This document shows, piece by piece, positions 36,031 to 51,500 of a stretch of 64,000 bases of DNA (positions are counted from its first letter, which is position 1; every line of letters begins with the position of its first letter). The notes beneath the pieces were generated by a model, which worked only from the letters and a program-made list of their open reading frames with translations, did not search any database and was not told where the DNA came from. The position numbers and the translations under genes were made by a program. Source of the DNA: Selaginella moellendorffii (Eukaryota > Plantae > Lycopodiophyta); the NCBI RefSeq assembly GCF_000143415.4, contig NW_003314263.1, positions 157,350-221,349 on the forward strand, read 5' to 3'.

Positions 36031-39000
36031 TGTGAGACACAAAATCCCTAGGCCCCAAAGTGGAGCCGGAAGGGCGCCACGTGGTAGTGGCCGAAGCGAG
36101 AGCCAAACGAGCGTAACACGTTTGGACCAAAAGCTCTGACTTGAAAAGTCAAGAGCGGGAGTGGAACTCCCAACAAAGTGCTCGAGGAACGAGCACGAAG
36201 CGAGCAATAAGCGAGGCTCCAAAAATGGACCCAAAAGGACCAACACATGACACGTGGAAGTGTCCGAGGTGGACTCGAGTCGGAGTCCGAAGTGGAGTCC
36301 GAGATGGACCCGAGTTGGAGTCCGAAGTGGAGTCCGAGATGGACACGAGTTGGAGTCCGAAGTGGAGTCCGAGATGGACCCGAGTTGGAGTCCGAAGTGG
36401 AATCCGAGATGGAGTCCGAGATGGAGTCCGAGGTGGACCCGAGATGGACTCGAGATGGACCCGAGATGGAGTCCGAGATGGAGTCCGAGGTGGACCCGAG
36501 ATGGACCCGAGATGGACCCGAGATGAAGTCCGAGATGGAGTCCGAGATGGAGTCCGAGGTGGACCCGAGATGGAGTCCGAGATGGAGTCCGAGATGGAGT
36601 CCGAGATGGACCCGAGATGGAGTCCGAAGTCGAGACAGAGACCGAGACCGAGACCGGGACCGAGACCGAGACCGAGACCGGGACCGAGACCGAGGCCGAG
36701 GCCGAGACCGAGCCCCAGTCCGAGTCCGAGTCCGAGTCCCAGTCCGAGTCCGAGTCCGAGTCCGAGTCCGAGTCCGAGTTCGAGTCCGAGTTTGAGTCTG
36801 AGAGGGTGAAAGCCCAAAGCGTTCGTCTCCCAGACCCTGGGGGGTTTGGTGAGCTCCAAAAGTATCGTAGGGGGAGGACTGCAGTGGAGCCAGTTTGGCC
36901 AGGAAAGGCCAGTTTGGCCCAGGAAGGCCGGACCCAGTGTTGGGTGATGAGCTGCCCACTGGGAAGTCCAAGACTAGAGTGAACACGGACCGACAAGCGG
37001 GGTAGCTTGGTGAAGTGTTCAAGAGCCGGCTCTAGTTCCCCCGGGAGATCGACTAGCCGATGCTCCCAGTCCAAGTGTGGATGGCACTACCTACTTGGAT
37101 ACCTGTCGTGGCTCAACGGAACCTCGCTCTAAGCCCATGGCTAGAGCACCTAAAGGCGAAAGGCGGGGAGAGTACCCATGAGGCTCGCGTAGGGCCACGG
37201 TGTTCCAAAATGGTGTCCCAGAGTCCCAGACGGTGGAAAGGAAGAGGGGTAGCCCTCTGGTGTGGTGACCAAGGACACAGTCACACAGTGAGGAAGTCCC
37301 AGAGGATAGTGGGACTTAGTGGTCGGGCCGGTGGGCCTTGATCCAGTGGCAGTGTTGGCGAACACAACCAAGGACAGAAAGGGACTTGGTGGGGACCGAA
37401 ACAGAGATATTGGGAAGGCTATTCCCCATGTCTGTAGGCATCCTAAGGATGTTAAGGAGTGGATCTGGGATGATCACTCATGGACGGATGACCCAGTCTT
37501 TGAGAGACGGGATTGGAATGCAGGTGGTGTTGGACCACCAGTGTGACCAAGGTAATTGGGCATGGCCTTAGCGTAACGGGCCGATACATCAGTGGTACCT
37601 TGGGGTGTCAATCGTGGGATCGGACACGTGGAGCACTTGGACCAAGTGCTAAGGTTGGGTGGCATGGATGCCATTCTCGGGGCTAGCAAGCCCCAAGTCC
37701 TGAGTTGGACTTATGGAGGTTGTGAATGAGACTCCTCCAAGTGGTCGGAGGTGTGGTTAAGTGACTAAAGTAGAATGGAAAAATTAGTCGCTTACAATTT
37801 GGTATCGAAGCTGTTCCTTAGTCCGACTTTTATTGGTGCTCAAGTATATCACCCTTGATGTTGGCATTGGAAGGTCCTAGGAGTGGGCCTATCCTTGAGG
37901 AGTAGCATGTTGAGAGGACATGGCTCTCCACTCAAGTTCATGCGTGAACTTGGGCACAATGTGGTGGATAGAAAAGGGCCAATAATGGAACGACTTTGGG
38001 ATCTTGGGAACAGTATAAGGTCTCCTCAGAGAGCTGAGGATGTGATCCAAATAAGCGTTTGACGCAGCAAACGGGCTAACGTAGTTGTGATAAACAACTA
38101 TAGTTGGGATCACGGGAAAGATGTAGACTCCAAAACAATAAAGGAGTCACAAGATTATCCTCATATAGTTGAGGTTGGTGCTCATGAATGTGAGACCAGA
38201 GGTAATGACCGTGGGAGGTCAAATACGAAAGAGGACTCAAGTCCTTGAAATGGTAGCCGGGGCTACCTTTAATAAATGCTGGAACAACCCAAAGAGTTGG
38301 GGGGTGTACTTAGAGATGAGTTGGTATTCTTATCACATGGACAAGTAGTCCTAAGGGGCAAAGGTTGCCCCCAGAGAACAAAATCAAGTGTCAGAGTAAC
38401 ACTTGTGAAAATAGTCCTTTTGAGTAGGACAGGAATGCAAGAAGTGTATTCCAGTGAGCTAGTGCCTCACAAGTAGGACCTTACGGGTCTATGGATTAAC
38501 CAAGTCCAAAACTGCTAGATGACGCAAGTAGAGTCAAGGGATGGTCCTAAAAGGACTGATGGAAGCATTTGGACTAAGGTGTGTTGTACCCCACAAAGGA
38601 TGGGGGGGGATCATAGGATCCAAGGATGAGAACAGAAGGTATCTCATCGATGGCAAAATGTGCCATGCTAAAGTCGTGGGAAAGGTGTTCCCAAAAAGAA
38701 AACAACTTTGACACAAAGTTGTGTGTGACCTCTATGATGCAGTGCTAACGAATGGTTGGCATGAGAAAGCGTGGTATTGGTCTTGGCAAAGACTTAGACA
38801 CAAAGTAGAAGTGTCATAGAGGTAGGCTCGTGGAGCCGATAGTGTGAAGACACCAAATGTGCCAAGGTGTGATACCTTGAGGCTACGTTGGTGGGTTCAT
38901 GAGAACCCCTTGCCAAAGGAATCCCAATAGAAATGGGAATGGCATAGCCTAAGTTGCAGAGCATGCAGTTGGAGTGTGGTGACCCAGATAATGATGGAGG

Positions 39001-42000
39001 TGTGGAAGCACCAGCAATGAGTTGTAGGACTTGACAACTACGAGGCAACTAAGCAAGAGGTGCAAAATAATTGGTTAAACAGGTAGAAGGCAGCTACCCA
39101 AACCTTCTTAATGGCATAGGGAAGTTGGATATACCCTTATGGGGGATAAGTTGCTTATGTTGCGATATAGTAAGTCAATGTCATAAAAGGAAATACTTAT
39201 TGTCAAGGAAGCCGTCATTGGGACACCCGAACACTCTAGAACACCAAGAGGTGGTGTTTGATGTCGCAAGGGCAGTAGATAAGGCCCAAGGGACTAAGTC
39301 CCTAGTGAACGATGGATAGTAGGTGCTATCCAAATGTCCAAGATGGCGGAGACAGGAGAAGACTGTCTACTCGAATTGGACAAAGCCAAAAATGGAATTT
39401 TGGCAAGGCTAGTGATAGGCATGCAAAGGCCCGTAAGCAACAACGTAATCCCGGTGTGTGGGATTATAGGGTGAGCATACCTAGATTGAGGAACCACTCC
39501 CTAGGCTATCGGGTAGGTTCATCCCTAAGAATACTTGCTAAGGCATGATAAAAAGTGCAAAGCTATCCTCCTAGTCTGGAAGAGAATGACCGAAGGAAAG
39601 GTGTGAAGCCAAAAGCAAGAAGTAAGGGGATAGAACCGAACCATAGGAATCGAAGGGCATAACCAAGGTTGGTTATGCCAGCTAGGAGTGGAGAATCAAG
39701 TGGGGGCTCGAGGGTGTTGCCGCTAGCAACCATGATGCCATGGAGAGTCTAAAATATGGAATTGTCCATGTTAGACTATATGGTAATTGGAAAGCTTGCA
39801 GAAACGGGGGGCCTTAGCAAGCTGAGGGACAGAGTTCCTTCAAGGTTCCCAAAGACGATTCTAGGTAGTTTAGTACCTAGAAAGACCAATTGTAAATGGT
39901 TCATGGAACGCGCGAAATCAGAGTGGCGCAGCAGAAGCGTGGTCTTGAAGCTTGCCATGAGGCAAGGCTATCAAGGTTAGGGAGGTAGTTCCCGAGTGTT
40001 CAAAGAGAGGGCTTTGAACGAAAGTCGATGGTCAAGGACTTTCACGCTTATGCAGGAACCATGTTACAGTGGTCGGAGGACTTGCCAAGCGAGATTGGCA
40101 CGTTGGGGGAACAAATACCCTAGTTGAAGGTGATAACTTCAAAAAGGGTGGGCCATGGGGCCGAGCATGGAGGAGTCCATGCATGATCACAGACATGTCA
40201 AGTGAGAGGACTTGGCAGTGCGGAGGAACTAGGTTCCTAAGCTGTGATCTGTAGCGCGCTTTAAATATAAGTTGGTGCACCGGCGTGGGGAGTCACGCCA
40301 GGCATCTTGTGCGATGCCGTTCGTAGATGCATATACGGAGGTTGGGTTTGAGTCCCAACCCTCTAGTGCTTGGGTTCGAGTCCCAAATCACTAGGGCGTG
40401 GTGATGGTTTGGAATATGAGGACACTCATATGACTCGGTGGTCATGGACTCTCAGTGGGGAGACTGGTTTGGGCACACCGCCAAGCGAGGGATGCCTCGG
40501 AGTCGTGATGCACGGTTAGATTGCTTAGTGTGAAAGCTCGGCATATCTAACTTGAACGCTTTGGTGCAAGTGGCACCAAGGACGTGGTGAGTGAGATGGG
40601 GACACTTAATCTCAGTTGCTATGGACGCTTGGCCGGAAGGGCTGGCTTGGGCGCACCGCCAAGTGTGGGGGATGCCCCCAGGGTCGTAGTTAACAAGTTA
40701 AAGGGCTGGAAGACCTAGTACCTATTGGCAAACCTGTTAAGGTGCCGAGGTGAGATCACTAGGTGATCTTGTGGCTAAATAAGGACAAGGTCCTTGTTTG
40801 GGTTAAGGAATAAGATTCCTAGTTCAAAGTGTTGATTTGAACTATTGATGATGGTGTGGCTTGGTCAAGGTGACCAAGTGGGAAAAGCACCTTAGGGAAA
40901 TGAGCTATGTCATTGCGATGGCATAGTGTGTCCAAGGAAAGTAGTTTCTAAAGAGACCCATGGGAGGGTCACAAAGTTGGGCCGTGGATAGAGCCCACAG
41001 CAAAAGATGCTAAAAGAGACTTACTAGGGGTGAACACCCTAATCTTGGCAAAGCAGAGCCTTTGCTATGGAATCAAAAGAATACCTCAAGGAGGGAGGTA
41101 GAGATTCGATATTGCTTGGTGCAACCATTAACGGATAGGAGCAAAAGATGAGTGGCCAAGATAGGGCCGTGGAATCCCTTGGAAGGAATCCAAGTGACAA
41201 AGTTAGGCGAGGAACACTAATGTGTTGGACGCTAACAAATTGCGGGAAAGGAAGTGTGTTTCCAAGGATGGATTCCGAATTGCTCCGATTTGGCGAAAGT
41301 AGAAGCTCCAAGGGAGGGAGCGGTAAGGTAGCCAAATGATAGGGCCATGGACAGCCCTAGCACAAAGTATGATAAATGGAACTTAGTGCCCAAGGTGGCA
41401 CGAAATAGAAGATACGATGATGATGCCCTCAAGTAATGAACTTCCTGGGATTGGGTAGTGGAGTTGCACAATCTGTGCAATGCAAGGTGTTGGAGACACC
41501 TAGGAAATTGACTTCCAAAAGTCAAAAGAGTAAAAGTTCCAAGGTGCAAACTTTCAATAGATGGAAATTGAGACTACTCGAGAAGGAGTAGTGGGATTGA
41601 CTTAGAAAAGGGTCTCTAAGAGGTTTAGCGAGAATTAAACCAATAAAAGGAGAGAACCACTATATGTGGTCCAATCAGTCTCTAAGTTGGAGAGACTACC
41701 CTCCTTAGAGGATAGGTAAGGCATGGTGAGCCTTTGGTGTCAAACCATGGAGGAATATGCAGAAGGCATGCTGAGCCTTCAATGTCCAACCATTGACGAA
41801 TATGGAGAAGGCCTTCAATGTCAAACCATGAGCCTTCAATGTCAAACCATTGACAAATATTGGCTACGCGCCAAGGATGGAAATGGTAACACATGCGGGT
41901 GTTACTTTATAAAATGGTTCACCGTTCAATGAGGACATCGAACTTCATCTATGGGTGGTGGAGTTGTGAGACACAAAATCCCTAGGCCCCAAAGTGGAGC

Positions 42001-42567
42001 CGGAAGGGCGCCACATGGTAGTGGCCGAAGCGAGAGCCAAACGAGCGTAACACGTTTGGACCAAAAGCTCTGACTTGAAAAGTCAAGAGCGGGAGTGGAA
42101 CTCCCAACAAAGTGCTCGAGGAACGAGCACGAAGCGAGCAATAAGCGAGGCTCCAAAAATGGACCCAAAAGGACCAACACATGACACGTGGAAGTGTCCG
42201 AGGTGGACTCGAGTCGGAGTCCGAAGTGGAGTCCGAGATGGACCCGAGTTGGAGTCCGAAGTGGAGTCCGAGATGGACCCGAGTTGGAGTCCGAAGTCGA
42301 GTCCGAGATGGACCCGAGTTGGAGTCCGAAGTGGAATCCGAGATGGAGTCCGAGATGGAGTCCGAGGTGGACCCGAGATGGACTCGAGATGGACCCGAGA
42401 TGGAGTCCGAGGTGGACCCGAGATGGACCCGAGATGGACCCGAGATGGAGTCCGAGATGGAGTCCGAGATGGAGTCCGAGGTGGACCCGAGATGGAGTCC
42501 GAGATGGAGTCCGAGATGGACCCGAGATGGAGTCTGAAGTCGAGACCGAGACCGAGACCGAGACCGA
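36031..42567 (+). mobile_element. Family-A non-autonomous LTR element (5' LTR 36031-37796, internal 4.2 kb, 3' LTR from 41965, truncated)
   Basis: TG..CA LTR; PBS TGGTATCGAAGC at 37800; PPT-like GGGTGGTGGAG before 41965; no long ORF inside. Confidence 0.9.
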
Positions 42568-45371
42568 CCCCAAGCCTCCTTTAGTACTAGGAGTTAGTCT
42601 CTGGGACAAACTCGAAACTTAGTAAATATAAAATGTCCCTAGATTGTGAATTTGGACACGGGACGAACACCATTGTGTTCAGGCCAACCTCTATATTCCG
42701 TAGATATGCCAAATGAGCAAATCTGAACACTTTCTATAAATAGCATTTGGGATCGAAATGAGACTAACACAAAGGGCATGATAGCAAGGGTGTTTGGCAA
42801 ACACAGTAAGCTATCATCCAACGATATTGAGGGACTAATCTCAATATGCGAGGGTTCTTGTCAAGCCAGTGCAAGACAAAGCAAAAGAGAACTAAAAGCC
42901 AGGTTGAGTATGCTCAGCTAAAAACACATAGGAGTTCCTACCTTATGTCCATCTGGCTAAGTACAGATGTTAAGCCCAGTAAACTAACACTTGAACAAGA
43001 GGGGCTGATAAAGAGAACCAGCAATACTGACTTCCTACCGTCGTGGTAGTAAAGTAAGAGTGTCCGTAAGGACTAGCCGACAAGTAACTTTCGATACCCG
43101 AAGTCACATTCACGACACTCTCCCCCCCTAGGGAAGATTGATATCCTCATCGATGCATACTCAAGTCTAGAATACCGCTAAGGAAACAACTCCAGAAAAA
43201 GTTCATGGTATTCACACTATGTGAGAAATGCACCAACTTAAATGAGTTAGGGATAACCTCTTTGTCTAATGCAGATGCACTACCAGCTTAAACACCTTCT
43301 GGCTATCGCCGACAAGGAAATGACCAATGGAGTTAGCCACCCTTGTTGCTATGGGTGTCACCCAGCTTACAAAAGTGTGATATGCCCCTGCCTACAAGGA
43401 CATAGAGAGAGAAGCTAGAGGCCCCAACCCTCATGAGCAAAGAAACCAAACCCGTCGGTAAAGTGTAGATATACTACTGTAAACAGGCAGTTAGAGTTGT
43501 TTACACAGTCACGCCCTTTTAAAGGAATAAGGAACATCGACAGAGAGGCAGGTTATGTGACCAGTCAACAGTAGCTACCTCATGACTAGAGATTTCACCA
43601 TGCATACGAAGTGCCGAAACTAGTTTGCCTATATTGGCCCAACTGAAAGATCAATAGATGAACAATATCAAAGTCATAGACAATGATATCTTAGAGACTT
43701 AATTATCAGTGAATAAATCTTATACTAGAACACAAATGTATTCCAAATAAGTTATCATCTGATAAACCAATAGTATAATATAGGAACCACCAAGATCATC
43801 ATAATTGGTAAACATAGGAATCACCATTCAACAAAATTCAATAGCAAGTATATCATCAAGGAAACTCAATGATGAAATTTAACTACTGAAGATGGCAGAT
43901 AGTATGCCAAATAACTTACTAAAGATAACTCAAAAAACACAAAGTATCATTGACTAACAAGCACAATGCTCACGAATGTATCACCCAAAGGAAATAACAT
44001 CCCAATCTATTAGAACTAACCCGAGCAATAACCAACAGAACAGAATGAATGTGGTAAGACCAACAAACACCCATTTATGCTAACTATCACAGAAGCCAAT
44101 TTGAATAAATCCCGGTCAACAATACTAAGGAACCAGAGTTGCTCAAGCAAGTGTCAGCAACATCCTATCAATACCTCAAACCCAAAAGACCAATCCAAGG
44201 CAAACCACAAATAATATGTGATATTGCAAAAAGCCATAAACCATCAAAGAAAACAATAAACCATTATAAAAGATTATTAATCATCCCATCAATAAAGAGA
44301 TCCATAATCATCGTTGAAGAAAGAATCTACCATCCTGAAGAACAACAACTCAGTCTATATCAATAATAATCAAGCAAAACTCTTGACAAGGATAATCAAC
44401 TATCTTAGATGATAGTCAATCATCACCAATGATTACTAGATGCAAAAAATAACTTCAACATCGAAGCTAATGAGCCAAAAATGCCTTCCCCAACAACTTC
44501 TAACTAATGGAACAATGAGCATTAAACTCAAAGAACCAAAAGCGTGAAGAAGTTTATAGCTAAGTCTTGCCTAACAATAATCACAAGTTTTGCATGAGCT
44601 AACTTTAATGCTAAAGAAGAAATTATGGTACAAACCACAATATTCTACTCAACACATCCATAAGCTAAACTTCATAATGCCAAAGCTAATAAAGAGCATA
44701 TCCGCATCAATCCAAAAGCCAAGCACAACGAAGTTATATTCAACAAGTGATCATCAAACTAATCCTCCATGAATCCATCTATAGCAAGACGTAACTCACT
44801 TCATAACAAGCACAAGAAGAACTATCAATGATCGATATATCCCAAATTAAATCTAATAAGGATTTAAACATTTCAATATCGATCACTAACTCTTCCACTT
44901 GTAGAGTTAGCATAGTCCACGACTGAATCACTTTTCAAGGAAAAGCCAAAGCTCAACCTCTACTAAATAATCTTGTCTAGAACACAACTAACTCAAACTT
45001 GCCACTCAGTTCATTTGAACGTCAACATAGTTGCTAACTAGCAAATGCGCGAATTCTAATAACACAAAGCTATAACCAAATCACCAACACTATCTTTATT
45101 GAGACTAATGAAACTCAATATCAATCCTAAAGATAGACATCTCATCTCACTTGAATTTCAACATCAATAATATTAATGACAAGGCATCACTTCAATGCTA
45201 TCAACACCATAACAAAGCTAGAAGAAAGCAAGAGTGAATCACCACCCAAAACTTTTTAGCAACTAAGCTAACCAAAGTCGAAGATACTATACTCAGTATC
45301 TGAGACTAATCCTCCAACAATACTCAACTACATATAACACTTCCTCAAAGAGTGAATCACCACATCCAAGA

Positions 45372-45558
45372 NNNNNNNNNNNNNNNNNNNNNNNNNNNNN
45401 NNNNNNNNNNNNNNNNNNNNNNNNNNNNNNNNNNNNNNNNNNNNNNNNNNNNNNNNNNNNNNNNNNNNNNNNNNNNNNNNNNNNNNNNNNNNNNNNNNNN
45501 NNNNNNNNNNNNNNNNNNNNNNNNNNNNNNNNNNNNNNNNNNNNNNNNNNNNNNNNNN
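45372..45558. other. Assembly gap
   Basis: Run of N. Confidence 1.
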
Positions 45559-48500
45559 GTCTACAAGTAATCACTAGTCGCAAAGCAACTAACAATCACT
45601 CCTCAACTTGCGTTCACAAGACCCAACACTACACTCATGCCATTGAGTTATATACTTGTCCAACATGAACGTAATACCCAGATATGAGATAAGGGTTCAT
45701 GGACAAGTATAAACTAAATGATCATTCGAATCCAACTCAACCATAATAAGCTCACCAACACGTCTAGTCAATAGCTCTGAGCATGCCTTGAAGAGGCTAG
45801 CTATGCATGATCAACACTCAGTCAAAACTAAAGTGAAGACCATGAAATGAACTCATATTGGTACACAACCTCCTCATAGACAAAGCTATAGTATAGGTAC
45901 CAACATCTCAACCTCAAACAACTAAATTGGACATCATTATCCTCAACCAAGGTGCAAGGCTACCAAGACTAAGTCAAGATTAGTGAGAGCTCACTACTCT
46001 CATAGAGTCTAACGAAATGCAAGATGCAACCTGCCACCGAGCATAACGCTACAGAGGAAAGGCACAAGGGTCACCTTTCTAGAAAAGTGCAATGGCCACT
46101 TTTTTACACAAACTCCAGACTTTAACCAACCTAATTGCTTTAGCCCCAAGAGTCAGCATCCCTTTCAGGTCACATCATACAAACAACCTACTAAGGTCTA
46201 AACTAACCAAAGTTAACTCCAACCCCTTCACTAGTTTGTATTGGCTTACGAAAACAGAATTGTTTTCAAGCAAAGTGACCAACAGATCAACCATTGGAAA
46301 AGTTTAAGAAAATTTGTGGACTCAATCCAGGATTACAAACTTTCAAGACTCAACCAACTTCCTCCTACTAACAACTTCACATAGGTTCACCTCAACACCA
46401 ATTCTCATGACCCATAGTATGCTTAAGCATCGAACATCTTTTGCCCATTTTTCCAACATCTAACACTGACATTCGCACAATGCAAAATGAACACCCAAGG
46501 CTTGATCACGAAGACCATATCTTCGGATATCCACATTGCACTAACACTCGTCTTCAATCACCTTCAAGATTTAATGTGAAGCCAAAACACTAACAAGAAA
46601 AATGACATGGAAAATCAAGCTCTAAGGAAAATTCCTCATCATTCGAATCAACAATGCCACTTCCACTAACACAAGTGCTAGTGATGTCAATGCCTCAATT
46701 ACACACTTTCTCCATCCAACAATCTACTCCAAGTGCTAACAGATAACCAACAAGTCATAGCAAATGAATGCTATAACCCTTTCCAACACCTTATAAGCAA
46801 ACTCTTCAAGGAATAAGGAACCAACTTAAGCTTAGCATAATGGATCACTATCGAAAATCCAGTCAAAGCTACTACAATGCTACTATATGTAAGTAGATTA
46901 GCTTCACCGTCAACCACTTTGGGGTTGATCATCATCTAACCAAGCAACTTCGTAAACACATTACTCGTTATCACATGGATATGATATAAAGTCATAATGA
47001 CTTGATCATCAATTGAGCAACACCACGAGCAATACCAATGTCATTACTTCAAAGGTTTATGTGATCATCAAGTGCCAACTCAATTCGACAAAATGCAACA
47101 TAAATGCCACACTCCATCGATAGAGTTTTATAACACCCAATACCACTAACTTTTGTTCACAACATGGACAAGCTCATGCCACTCTCTATCTGACCAAACT
47201 CAACACTAATCCAACACCAAGTTACTCAAGGAGCAATAACAAGGTTCCCCAGAAAAGAATTGAGCATTGTAATCCAATAGCAAGCCTAGACAAAATGGTT
47301 TAGCGCTTCATCGCTATCCATCCCACAACTCATCATTTGTAAGACCATCATTTCCAGTATGCATCAAGGTATGGTCTCTTGATTGCATAATGTGAACACG
47401 AGCAATGAGTCACACCTCGTTACAAATCATCTCTCCAAGAAGAGAAAATGATTTACATATTTAATCCTTCGTCCCTGACAACTCTCTTTCCGGTCTTCTC
47501 TTTGACCAAACCTCAAGCTTGCTTTCACACTGCCTTCAATTCAATCCAAGAAAAGTTTATAAGAGAGCACGGCAATGATTACTTAAATCAATAGACTAAC
47601 CCCTACAGACTTGATTGATCCACTTGTAATCATGCCTAGGAAGGATCCACTAGAGCCATGCTAAATAGCTATGGACCAACATATTTGCCACTCATAGCAA
47701 ACTCAGGAAAGGTTTACTTTCACCCATGGTACACGGAACAACTCATGGAACCACTATTAGGCTAACATTAATCCTGCCAACTCAAAGCGTATCCTCAAGT
47801 TGCTAATGTGCCTCACTCACGAGCCCAAGAGCAAGCTCACATTATAAGGTACAATAAGGTAACCAAATCCATACCCAAGGAACAATTGTGAAGTCTTTGC
47901 ACCCAAACGTGTACCCACTCGGATCATCGTTTTCATCTTTGCGTATGCAAAGAGACTAGTTGCCCAATCTCATTGAATAGTACTCGCTAAGACGTATCCT
48001 CTGATACCAAATGTAGCACACGTGGTTTTGACCCTTTATCCTATGGTGATTTACCATAGGATAACACCACGAAGCGGAACCTAAACCCTCTTTATGCCAC
48101 GTGACACATGCCACATGTCATATGCCACGTGTCCAAAGGACAGTGGTGGGGAACCCAAGGTTCAGGGCCTTGGGCCACTGAATGAAGGAACAGTGCCAAA
48201 CTCCCAAGCATGGAGACAAGGAGTGACGAAACCAGACCATGGAGCAACTCCCAAGCATACAGCTCAAGGAGCGAAGGGATAGGAGCCTGGAGCGACTTGG
48301 AACAGTCCTGGAGCAACTAGCATCCTAATGCTAGGACCAACACGCAAAACGGAGCTAAATGGAGTTTGGCACTATTTCAGCATACCAATAACCTAACGCA
48401 AGGACATGGGTACTCCACTAGCTAGTATGGTGTGGAACTTGGGCTTAGACCCAAGCTAGACGTAGAACAAGGACAGGCACGCAAGCGGGAGCTAGACTAT

Positions 48501-51500
48501 GCCTCAGGTTGGTTAGCCATACCCGACCTACCCATTATCCTTACTATACATTTGGAACCCCCTATAACCCCCCCCTTGAGGAACACACGCTTTGGGCTTT
48601 CACCCCAAACCTCCCATAATACCAGGAGTTAGTCTCTGGGACAAGCTCGAAACTTACTAAATATGGAATGTCCCTAGATTGCGAATTTGGACATGGGACC
48701 ATTGTGTTCAGGCCAACCTCTACATTCCGTAGATATGCTAAATGAGCAAATCTGGACACTTTCCATAAATAGCATTTGGGACTGAAATGAAACTAACACA
48801 AAGGGCATGATAGCGAGGGCGTTTGGTAAACAGAGTAAGCTATCATCTAATGATATTGAGAGACTAATTTCAATACGTGAGGGTTCTTGTCAAGCCAATG
48901 CAAGACAAAGCAAAAGAGAACTAAGAGCTAGGCCGAGTATGCTCAGCTAAAAACACATAGGAGTTCCTACTTTATGTCCATTTAGCTAAGTACAGATGCT
49001 AAGCCCAGTAAACTAACACTTGAACAAGAGGGACTGATAAAGAGAACTAGCAATACCGACCTCCTACCATAGTGGCAGTAAGGTAAGAGTGTCCGTAAGG
49101 ACTAGCCGACAAGTAACTTTCAATACCCAAAGTCACATTTGCGACAAGATGCACGCAGACATGAAAAATAGCCTTCCCCAATATTTCTTTTCCAGTCCCC
49201 ACCAAATCCCTTTTTGTCCATGGCCGTGTTCGCCAACACTGCCACTAGATCAAGGCCCACAGGCCTGATCAATAAGTCCCCTTGTTCTCTAGGATTTCCT
49301 TGTTATGTGACCACATCTTTGGTCACTACACCAGAGGACTCCTCCTCTTCCTTTCCACCATCTGGGACTCTGGGATAACATTTTGGAACACCGTGGCCCT
49401 ATGCGAGCCTCATGGGTACTCTCCCCACCTTCTGCCTTTGGGTGCTCTAACCATGGGTTTAGAGCGAGGTTCTATTGAGCCACGCTAGGTATCCAAGTAG
49501 ATAGTGCCACCCACGCTTGGACTGGGAGTAGTGACCATTTGATCTCCCGGGGGAACTAGAGTCGGCTCTTGAACACTTCACCAAGCTACCCCGCTTGTTA
49601 GTTCCTATTCACTCTAGCTTTGGACTTCCTAGTGGTCATCTCATCACCCAACAGTTGGGTATGGCCTTCTTAGGCCAAACTGGCTCCACTGGGGTCCAAC
49701 CCCCACACTCTCCCTATTATACTTTTGGAACCCTCTATAGCCCCTCCCCCCCCCCACAGGGGACAATCGCTTTGGGCTTTCACCCAACAGCTTATATTAA
49801 TATTTGGACTCGGACTCGATCTCAGTTTTGGACTTAGACTTGGTCTTGATCTCGGTCTCGGTCTCGGGTCCATCTCAAACTCCATCTTAGGTCCATCTCG
49901 GACTCCATCTCGGGTCCATCTTAGACTCCATTTCAAACTCTATCTCAGGTCCATCTCAGACTCCATCTCAGAATCCATCTCGGGTCCATCTTGGACTCCA
50001 TCTCGGGTCTATTTCAGGTCCATCTCAGACTCCATCTAGGGTCCATCTCAGGTCTATCTTGGACTCCTTCACATGTCATGTGTTGGTCCTCTTGTGTCCC
50101 TTTTCTAGAGGCTCGCTTACTACTTGCTTTGTGCTTGTTCCTTAAGCACTTCGTTGGGAGTTCCACTCCCACTCTCGACTTTTCAAGTTGGAGCTTTTAA
50201 TCCAAACGTGTTATGCTCGTTTGGCTTTTGCTTTGGCCACTACCATGTGGCACCCTTTTGGCTCCACTTTGGGCTTTGGGATTTGTGTCTCACAACTCCA
50301 CCACTGATAGACGAAGTTTAATGTCCTCATCAAACAATAAACCCTTTTGTAGAGTACCACAAATATGCATTACCCTTTCCATCCTTGGCACCTAGCCAAT
50401 ATTCGTCAATGGTTTGACACTAAAGGTTTACCATGCCTTGTCCATCCTCTAAGGAGCATAGTCTCAATAACATAGGGACTTATTCGACCACCCGTGGTAG
50501 TTCTCTTCTTTTATTGGTTTATTTCTCGCTAAACCCCTTAGAGACACCTTCTCTGATTTCCGTTTAGGTGTCTTTCCCACTTGGTCACTTTGACTATGTC
50601 ACACCATTACTAACAGTTCAAATCAACACTTTGAACTAGGAACCTTATTCCTTAACCTCACAAGGACCTCGTCCTTGTTTAGCTGTAAAATCACCTAGTG
50701 ATTTAACCTTGGTCACCTTAATAGGTTTTCCAATAAGTACTAGGTTTTCTAAATCTTTAACTTGTTGACCATGACCCCGGGGGCATCCCTCACACTTGGC
50801 AGTGCACCTAAGCCAGCCTTTCTGGCCAAGGGTCCATAGCACTTGAGATTGGATGTCCCCATCTTATTCACCACGTCTTTGGTGCCACTTGCACCAAAGT
50901 GTTCAAATTAGATATGCCGAGCCACACTAAGTAATTTAACCGTGCATCACGACTCTTGGGCATCCCCCGATTGGCGGTGTGCCCAAGCCAGTCTCCTTCC
51001 TGAAAGTCCATAACCACCAAAAAATGAGTATCCTCATATTCCAAACCATCACCACGCCCTAGTGAGTTAGGACTTGAACCCACGCACTAAAGAGTTGGGA
51101 CTCGAACCCAACCTTCGTATATGCATCTATGGACCGCATTATCTAGAATACCTGGCATGTCTCTCCACGCTGGTGCACCAACTTATACTTAGATCACAAC
51201 TTAGGAACCTAGTTTCTCTACACTACCAAGTCCTCTCACTTGACAAGTCTGTGATCATGCATGGATTCTTCCATGTTTGGCCCCATAAGCCACCCCTTTT
51301 GAAGTTAACACCTTCAACTAGGGGATTTGTTCCTCTAACTTGCCAATCTCACTTAGCAAGTCATCCGACTAACATAACATGGTTTCATGCACAAGCGTGA
51401 AAGTCCTTGACCATCGACTCTCATTCAAAGCCATCCTTTTGAACACTTGGGAATTACTTCCCCAACCTTGATAGCCTTGCGTTATAGCAATCTTCAAGAC

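Larger units (their letters stand above)
32190..49146 (-). mobile_element. Older family-B-like element inserted in the 3' LTR of the above (5' LTR 48012-49146; decayed internal 43118-48011; 3' LTR pieces 32190-~32484 and ~42568-43117)
   Basis: TSD GGATG/AGATG; PBS reverse complement CTCTGATACCA at ~47999-48009; PPT reverse complement CTCTCCCCCC at 43118; 32190-32484 matches 48012-48306. Confidence 0.75.

Noticed and set aside
43650-47990. Possible novel gene region with strong A/C strand skew
   Set aside because: Lies between PPT and PBS of an LTR element with no long ORF; best explained as decayed internal sequence
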